A DNA stretch of 57,472 nucleotides from Paramecium tetraurelia (Eukaryota), in contig CT868163.1 in NCBI GenBank assembly GCA_000165425.1, positions 496,001 to 553,472 of the forward strand, read 5' to 3'. Shown one piece after another: positions 50,620 to 57,472 of the stretch (the stretch's first letter is position 1; each line of letters opens with the position of its first letter). The notes beneath the pieces were generated by a model. That model was not told the DNA's origin. It made no database searches and saw only the letters and a list, made by a program, of their open reading frames with translations. The translations under genes were made by a program, and so were the position numbers.

Positions 50620-51840
50620 CATCTCATATTTATACCAAAGACTCATACACAATAAAACTAACCGAATGTTACTAAATGACTTTATGCTACAGTTTAGTGG
50701 TGTTAGTAATTCAGTAACTAAATGCATTGATTTATCATGGTTTCTTTATTGATGGATGCTACCAATTAATGTTGAGTATTTTCAACTTCTGGTTGTAGAA
50801 TTTTGTGGAGATACTATTGATACAGGGTTAAATTATCCTTCATCGCATCAATTAAATGAGACTTTGTATCAAATTATAAAGCGCCATCACTCTCACAAGA
50901 TGTAACTATTGAAACTCTTATGATTAATGTATTGGTTCTTTTTCTACTTAATTGTTCTGGCAACTTCTACATTTAATAGTAGAACTAGAACCTGACAAAC
51001 ATCTAAAGAGCAGATTAATTTCTTTATGCAGTGCATAACATCTGTATCTGCACATAGATGCGCTAACTAAAGGGTAAAAAAACTGTAACGCTGACCCAAC
51101 AAAATGTAAAATTAAGAAAGATTATTATTAATAAGGGCTTTATTCTTCCGGTATCAACTTAATTTTTTTTGTAAGAAAGTTTAGTGGAAACACAATTTAG
51201 TGATTGCGATACTTGAGAATAATAAACTTCAAGCTGTGATTTATTCTTTTAAGATGCATAACTACTGCATCGAATATATGATTGTCCTGTTTTTTGGATT
51301 GTTTACAGTAGAGCATCGCCTGCTTCGAGTACTATATGTTAAAATAATTTTTCACCATATTATGAAATCAGTATGTATTACTAAATACTTCGCTTCCTTC
51401 ATTTAATGTACACAGTCCATTAATTAGGCACTTTTTATCAGGCGACATTTCCCTAAATGAATCCTAAATTCATATTCTTTGATATGCACACTTTTCTAAT
51501 TCATTCAAAAGCTTAATTTTGCTTACTTTTTGAAATAAATAACCTAAACATTCACATGAAACTACAGAGGAGGTAAAGTTTGGCATATAGTAATTTTTGA
51601 GAACTAAACCTGAATGCATGCATGTGTGCTGGCTCTGATTTAAGATTTGGTTCATCAACTTATGATCCATTGAGTCATTGATGTTATGATACAAGATCGC
51701 ATTTTCTTCGTGGAGGTTTTATACTTGAGCATCACCAGCAAGTAGTTCAAATTATTATCCAACCTGAAATTATTATGAATCTTCCTCATCCCATTTATTG
51801 CAGTTTAATTGCATAATTTTGATTGTCCCTAATTGTTTTT
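50620..51840 (-). pseudogene. Degraded Cys-rich surface-antigen-like sequence
   Basis: Fragments such as KCLINGLCT, LCADTDVMHC, VTSCESDGA interrupted by TGA/frameshifts. Confidence 0.3.
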
Positions 51841-51844
51841 TACT

Positions 51845-52022
51845 NNNNNNNNNNNNNNNNNNNNNNNNNNNNNNNNNNNNNNNNNNNNNNNNNNNNNNNN
51901 NNNNNNNNNNNNNNNNNNNNNNNNNNNNNNNNNNNNNNNNNNNNNNNNNNNNNNNNNNNNNNNNNNNNNNNNNNNNNNNNNNNNNNNNNNNNNNNNNNNN
52001 NNNNNNNNNNNNNNNNNNNNNN
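51845..52022. other. Assembly gap (178 N)
   Basis: Run of N; the ORF-track entries 51798-52058 that span it are artefacts. Confidence 1.
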
Positions 52023-52739
52023 ACTATGGATTTGATTGAAAAGGGGAATAGTTGCTAATATGTATATTTCTAAATTTTGGCATAGACACCTATTAGTAGA
52101 GTAAGAAAGTTATGAAATTTATTTTTTTTTTTAAATGAAAATTAGATTTAGAAAAATTTATAGGAATTGGAGCATATTTTTAGATAAATTTTATAGATGC
52201 AGCAGTGTATTTAGAGGATTAAGAGAAATTGAGTCTAAACGCAATTTCAAATTTAATGTAAAAATTGTAAAAGAATCATAAAACCTTAATTCATTTCAAT
52301 AAATAAAATTGAAAATTATTTTAAATCATTATTGGAATATTAAACATAAAAATGTAATATATGTATTTTAGTTTTGTTTATAATTCCCTGTTTGTAAATT
52401 TGATAGAATATATTTTAAAGTTAAAATCAAATGAAAATGTTATTTGATAAAACATTTTTTTTTATATATAATTTAAAATGCACAATAAAATTTGCTAATA
52501 GACTAAGTTGAAGAAATTGTTATATATACCTTCAAGGTTATTTCTTTTAAAAACTCAATAATTGAAGCGCATAATTTATATTTTAAAAAAATAAATTCGA
52601 TTTACTTTAGATTTCAAAGATTGGATTACTAACTTAACTGATTTTGCATAGTAATACAGCTTTTTTGGAGAATTAGATTCATTAATTGAGAGGAAGTAGT
52701 CTGTTATTGATTCAAGAAATATATTTCAAAAGCTTAAAA

Positions 52740-53290
52740 TAAAGAAATGAGGATTTGAATAATAAAATTAAAAATAATTGAATCAAACTATTGGAATCTT
52801 TAAATCAATTAATTCAGAATCAAGATAGATAAATAAACTACAATTAACAAATACAATTAACTTTATAAGAGGAATTGTATTATGTATTGAGTTAGACTCA
52901 GAATATTGATGGATCCTACTTGAATGAGCTCATTGTGATACTGAGAAAAGAGAGAATTACTAATTGCTTAGAATTCTTTAAAAATCAAACACAGAGGAAA
53001 TTATCGCTTAGATCGAAAATTTTGGCAAAATAGACTTCAATAAAAATAATTCTTCGACTGAACTATGATAAAATTAGAAAAAGATTTGATTAAAAAATAA
53101 TAGCCTATGATGAACACATAATTGAGTTTTTGAAATTTTTAGTTCGTTTGGCCGCCATTGATGAGATTTATCTAATGTGGATCTAATGCACTCAATTTAT
53201 TGGTTGAAATGAAGGTGGATTTGAGAGAATAATGTTTTGAGAATACAAGGAATAGAGATACTTCTATAATTGTTGTAATCTTATCTGATT
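52740..53290 (+). pseudogene. Relic of the Paramecium-expanded NACHT/pentapeptide/WD40 family (pre-WD40 segment)
   Basis: LSQTQNIDGSYLNELIVILRKERITNCLEFF; IEFLKFLVRLAAIDE/frameshift/FIQCGSNALNLLVEMKVDLREQCFENTR; truncated before any WD40 repeat. Confidence 0.7.
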
Positions 53291-56200
53291 TATCAACAAA
53301 CATTAAATTGTGAGGCAATTGAGATTAAATCCAACTAATAGTAGAAGTTTTGTGACCCATAAATTCTATTATCAAAAGATAAGGAATTTATTTAGATGAG
53401 GAAAAGAGGTGGTAGTTATAAACTACATGGGCAGATATTTCATCATTGACAAGAATGTGAATATTCCTTTTGGATGCCCAATTTATTTAACTCAGATAAA
53501 GAAAGAATTATTTTAGTAGTTCATATTATTTTTCTTAGAATTAAGAAACTAATAGGCCTTAATACCACCAATTACAAAAAAATCTAATTGATGCTAAACC
53601 TTAAGGAGCTTTGTCAATAATCACAGAATGATTGGAATCCAAAAAATTATAAATTAGTATCATAATGAATTCCCTCTCAGAAAAGTCTAAATTGTAAAAA
53701 ACCAATTCTTTAAACCAAAAATGAGACTAGAAGAACAATAATCGATGTATAGATTAATCAGCTAATGAATGAAAGAACAAGGTTGCAGATTAAGGTGTGA
53801 AGACTAATTATAAAAATGAAAGAACCTTTTGTGAAGCTTTGCAGAATTAAGTAAACGAAATTAAGCTACAAAATTGCTATATTTCTAAATAAAATAAAAA
53901 ATCCCTATCAATTATAAATCTCTAACTACTAAAAGTAAATCACCTAGCATTTATTAGATGGAAAGAACTAAATCAAATACTCTAAAGTTAATGTTATTGT
54001 TTAACTCTTTGTAAAATACGTTCAACTAATCATGTTATTCTAATTAATATGTGTGCTTGAAATTTTGTAAGAGACAATTTTAATGGTGACATATATATGA
54101 CCAATTTAATAATAGGATCTGTTGATTCGACTAAGGTTATACAAGTTGAGCTTGATGAATTTTAGAGATAGGTATATTGATAATTTAATCAAAGTGATTT
54201 TAGAGAAGATTGTCTGAGGAAGAAAAATTATAATAACTGATGGAAAAAAGCCAAACAGATAACTCTCATTAATGAATTCATACTCAACCTAAATGAAAAT
54301 TAAAGTGTCCTCACTAAGACTTTCTTAAGCAAAACTTTTTGGCTTTGTGATATCAAAACAGTCAAATCTTACATATAAGTAAATTCTACATAAATAGTGC
54401 GAACAAACATGTGTGAAGAGGACCTCAATCGTTCATGGCAGTACAGATGAGCTGCACGCCAAAATAAATTCATCACAACATATAGAGGAGGAAACACCCA
54501 TAGGCTCTTTTAGATAAGAATAATGTATATTTTTCCTTAGCTTCCCCTAGTGATTAATATAATATGCCCATCATATTTAATTCAATAAAGTCTACCAGAA
54601 GATATAGATACCGATTTAAACTTCTCAGAGAAAGAGTGAAGTTATGAAATGTGCAAGCTACTCTCTTTAATAAAATCCTTAAAGAAATCATCTTTAAATT
54701 TCCCTAAATTCTTAGAGATGAAAATACTCATTACTTATTATAATAATGATCCTAAATATATTCATTTTTTTTCCTAAAATTTATTCTCTTATTTATAATT
54801 AAATGGAAATTGAATTCAAACTAATATTGACTTTTTCTTCAAAATCTTTGCACTTTGAAAAGTTCAAGGATCGTAAGCAATTTTTTAAGTTACTCTAATT
54901 CGAATTGTATCATATATTTTCCGACTCATGTTTTTTAAATGCTGAGATCTATTATTTTCAAGAATTTATTAATTAAGCTATTCAATTTGTTTTTGGTTCA
55001 AATTTCGTCTTCGATTTACTCAGAGTTTTAATTAAATTTGATTTATTTTTTTTGAATACAACTTCAATTATATGAAGGATTCTTATTTTTTCAATGATAT
55101 CAAAAATTTATAATAAGTAGATTTATATTGTATATTCCAATTAAAGGAACCTGTCTTTTTAGGCAGATCTCTAATTTGTTAAAGGTTATTTTTTTTGCTC
55201 CTTAAGGCTGATATTATGGTCCATTTTGAAATGTGTATTTCTAGCTTATTGCATAATTTTGTTATCATCATTATCAGGCCCCAAATTTTTTATTGACCTT
55301 TTTAATTTGAGTCATCCTCAACCTAATTGTGCATCTTTAAGATGAAATCAACTCCTCGCTCAAAATCTGATGAGTATGAGTTTACATTTAGTGGATCTAA
55401 ATTTACATGTTCTTATGCTGTATAAGAATTAATGAAATTTATTTTCTTTGAGGATTCCTTTCATTATAGAACACCAATTGAAACAAATTTTAGAGAATAG
55501 TTACTTTTAACCTTTTGTAATTAAAAACAATGGCCCTGTCTGAATACTTGCAATATAATGATTGTTTTAAAATCATCTTTATGTTATTTTGTTTTTCCAA
55601 GCTTTTGTTTAGGATAAGAGTGAATAGAAATAAAATGCATCTAAAAGTTTAATCTAATCCCGTTTATTGGCCAGATTTTTTAAAGGACTAAAAATAAATG
55701 AAATATCTTCAATTCCCAAGATAGATTGGATCAAAACTATATATTATTAAAGAAATAAGTGTAACTTGAATATTTTGAATAGAGAATAGCTGAAAATAAA
55801 ACACATAAAAAGAATTATAAAAATAAATTAACTTATAAGAATTGTTATCAATTAAGATGCAACTTCAGAGAGGCTTTCCTTTATCCGAGTCCATTACTAT
55901 GCCCAAACACAACCGCATAATTACTGATCTAAGATTGCTAGGCTGGACTTGGTGTTTAGATTAAATCCGCCAAGGCCAATATGCATTCGATTCTTTGTTT
56001 TTAGAATATTTAGGGATGCTCACCTAAAATTATAAAGTTCTTAGAAGTTTGTAGATTATAATAATGTAGGAAGTCCACTTAAGCCCAAAATCATTCGGAT
56101 ATTCTGAAATACAACACTTTTAGGAAAGAATGGGAGACAACACACCAATGGTGCAGGAATTCTTTCTATCTGTTCTCAATTTACTTTTTGCTGCTGTATT

Positions 56201-57129
56201 ATATTCGATAGTTAGACTAAATTTGCTGTAGAAGGTAAATTAATTAACAAATACAATGATATCCCTTACTGTCGAAGAATAATCCATGTTCTATGTAATC
56301 TAAAGATAAAAAAAATTCTAATCTGATTTGCTCAGTTTAAGGAGATGCTTCTATGAAATGAGAAAATACGATTGGCAGAATAAACAACTTAAGGCTAACA
56401 TTTTGTGATATCAATCGAATAGAGAAAGATACTAATTAACCCAAACCATATTGCAATGTTGATATGATCAGTTGTGTTGTGTTCATCAAAGATACAATTG
56501 TAGCAAGAACTTTATTAGTCTGACTTTATTTGTAAAGTAGTTAGATAACATACAATATAAAATATATACATGCAGTAAACCATAGATTCAAGATGGATCT
56601 AACTTTGGGATAAAATTTGTAGGTAAAAATGTGTAGAACAAAGTTAGTTTGTAATTAATTTGCTGTCCTTCAAGAAATTAACGAAACAGTATTTTAATTA
56701 TTTATGTCATCTCGCATTTAAAGTATATAAGAAAGGTTTTAGACAAATCTATGAATAATATGATATCATAATCAAAACAGCTTACATATTACAAATTTTA
56801 AATAATTATAGCTTTTAGACTTTTATAAATCTCAACTTATTTAAGAGCATTTTACAAGAAGCATCATATTTCCAATAATTATACTCTTACATTCTTTCGA
56901 GTAGGTTCGTTAGTCCTTCAGGGCAGCGCTGATCGAAAATTGTGATAAGTTAATTTTATTGTTTTCAAACCTACCAGAACTCTAATATTTTGGAATGGCA
57001 GTAAGAATAATCAATCAACATTATGGCTTCTAATAAATTACATCATGTGAAATAGGACTATGAATAGGGAAGTTTAATTAATTTAATATTGATTTTCTAA
57101 ATTGATATTTCTAATAATAAATCAATTTC

Positions 57130-57439
57130 ACAACTTTGATAGTTATTTTTGTAAGTAATAGCATTCAATTGCTTCTTGATATTTATTTATTTATTCTAAC
57201 ACACACCTTAATACAAAATATTAAAAACTAATTCCCCTTTTTAGACCAAGCAGCATACAAATTTTTAATTTACGGAAATGGCCAGGTCGTAGCATTTAAT
57301 TGCTTCTTCATATTTATTTAAATTTTATAAAATCAATCCTAAATAATAAAAATAAAAACTCATTGCCCTTTTTGTGCCATGTCCGGTCAATTTGTGGTTT
57401 CATGGAAATAGCCTGGTCGTAAAGGACAGTTGCTTGTTC
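57130..57439 (-). pseudogene. TPR-repeat gene fragment
   Basis: YDQAISMKPQIDRTWHKKG, KYEEAIKCYDLAISVN, AWSKKG, INKYQEAIECY; degraded intron-like spacers; 5' part missing. Confidence 0.75.
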
Positions 57440-57457
57440 TTGGGGTTTGGGTTTGGG
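57440..57457 (+). repeat. Telomeric-type repeats TTGGGG TTTGGG TTTGGG
   Basis: Three units matching the mixed Paramecium T2G4/T3G3 repeat, G-rich strand oriented toward the window end. Confidence 0.55.
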
Positions 57458-57472
57458 CTTGAAGGGGGGGTT

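Noticed and set aside
51798..52058. Three ORFs spanning poly-X
   Set aside because: Artefacts of the N gap
55150..55560. Minus-strand DFERGVDF and ISKWTIISAL suggesting a SecA-like helicase or Tc1 HTH
   Set aside because: No DDE/D motifs, TIRs or other helicase motifs; frames broken
55857..56409. ~180-codon code-6 open frame in the subtelomeric region
   Set aside because: Unnatural composition, overlapping Cys-rich relic frames; long open frames arise easily with a single stop codon
1..57472. CRISPR arrays, tRNA/rRNA genes, intact transposases, retained IESs
   Set aside because: None recognised; eukaryotic somatic DNA, and IESs cannot be called without the germline sequence

Overview
AT-rich ciliate macronuclear DNA, almost certainly Paramecium (aurelia-type). 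TAA/TAG read as Gln, TGA is the only stop, and genes carry many 20-30 nt GT..AG introns, so the supplied standard-code ORF track is mostly fragments or antisense shadows. I re-read the genes by hand in translation table 6. Bases 1 to ~40.75 kb are gene-dense. They hold a cathepsin-L-like protease, tRNA isopentenyltransferase, BAF60/SMARCD, Mic10, two trichocyst-matrix-like proteins, a Sec13/Seh1-like WD40 protein, an ML-domain protein, a PP2C lacking catalytic aspartates, a Ser/Thr kinase, a PX protein, an IQ-DH-PH-PX-FERM RhoGEF, a cNMP-binding protein, Prp3, a motor-less MyTH4-FERM protein and LRRC49, plus decaying PCNA and multi-RRM copies. From ~40.75 kb to the end I find no convincing intact gene. 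That part is a mosaic of relics (eIF5B, NACHT/WD40-family, Cys-rich surface protein, TPR), a GC-richer block and a 178-N gap, ending in three Paramecium-type telomeric repeat units. No new multi-gene system can be demonstrated from sequence alone. The best leads are the domain-architecture oddities, pseudo-enzymes, two structured intergenic islands and the subtelomeric mosaic. CDS coordinates span introns and were derived manually.
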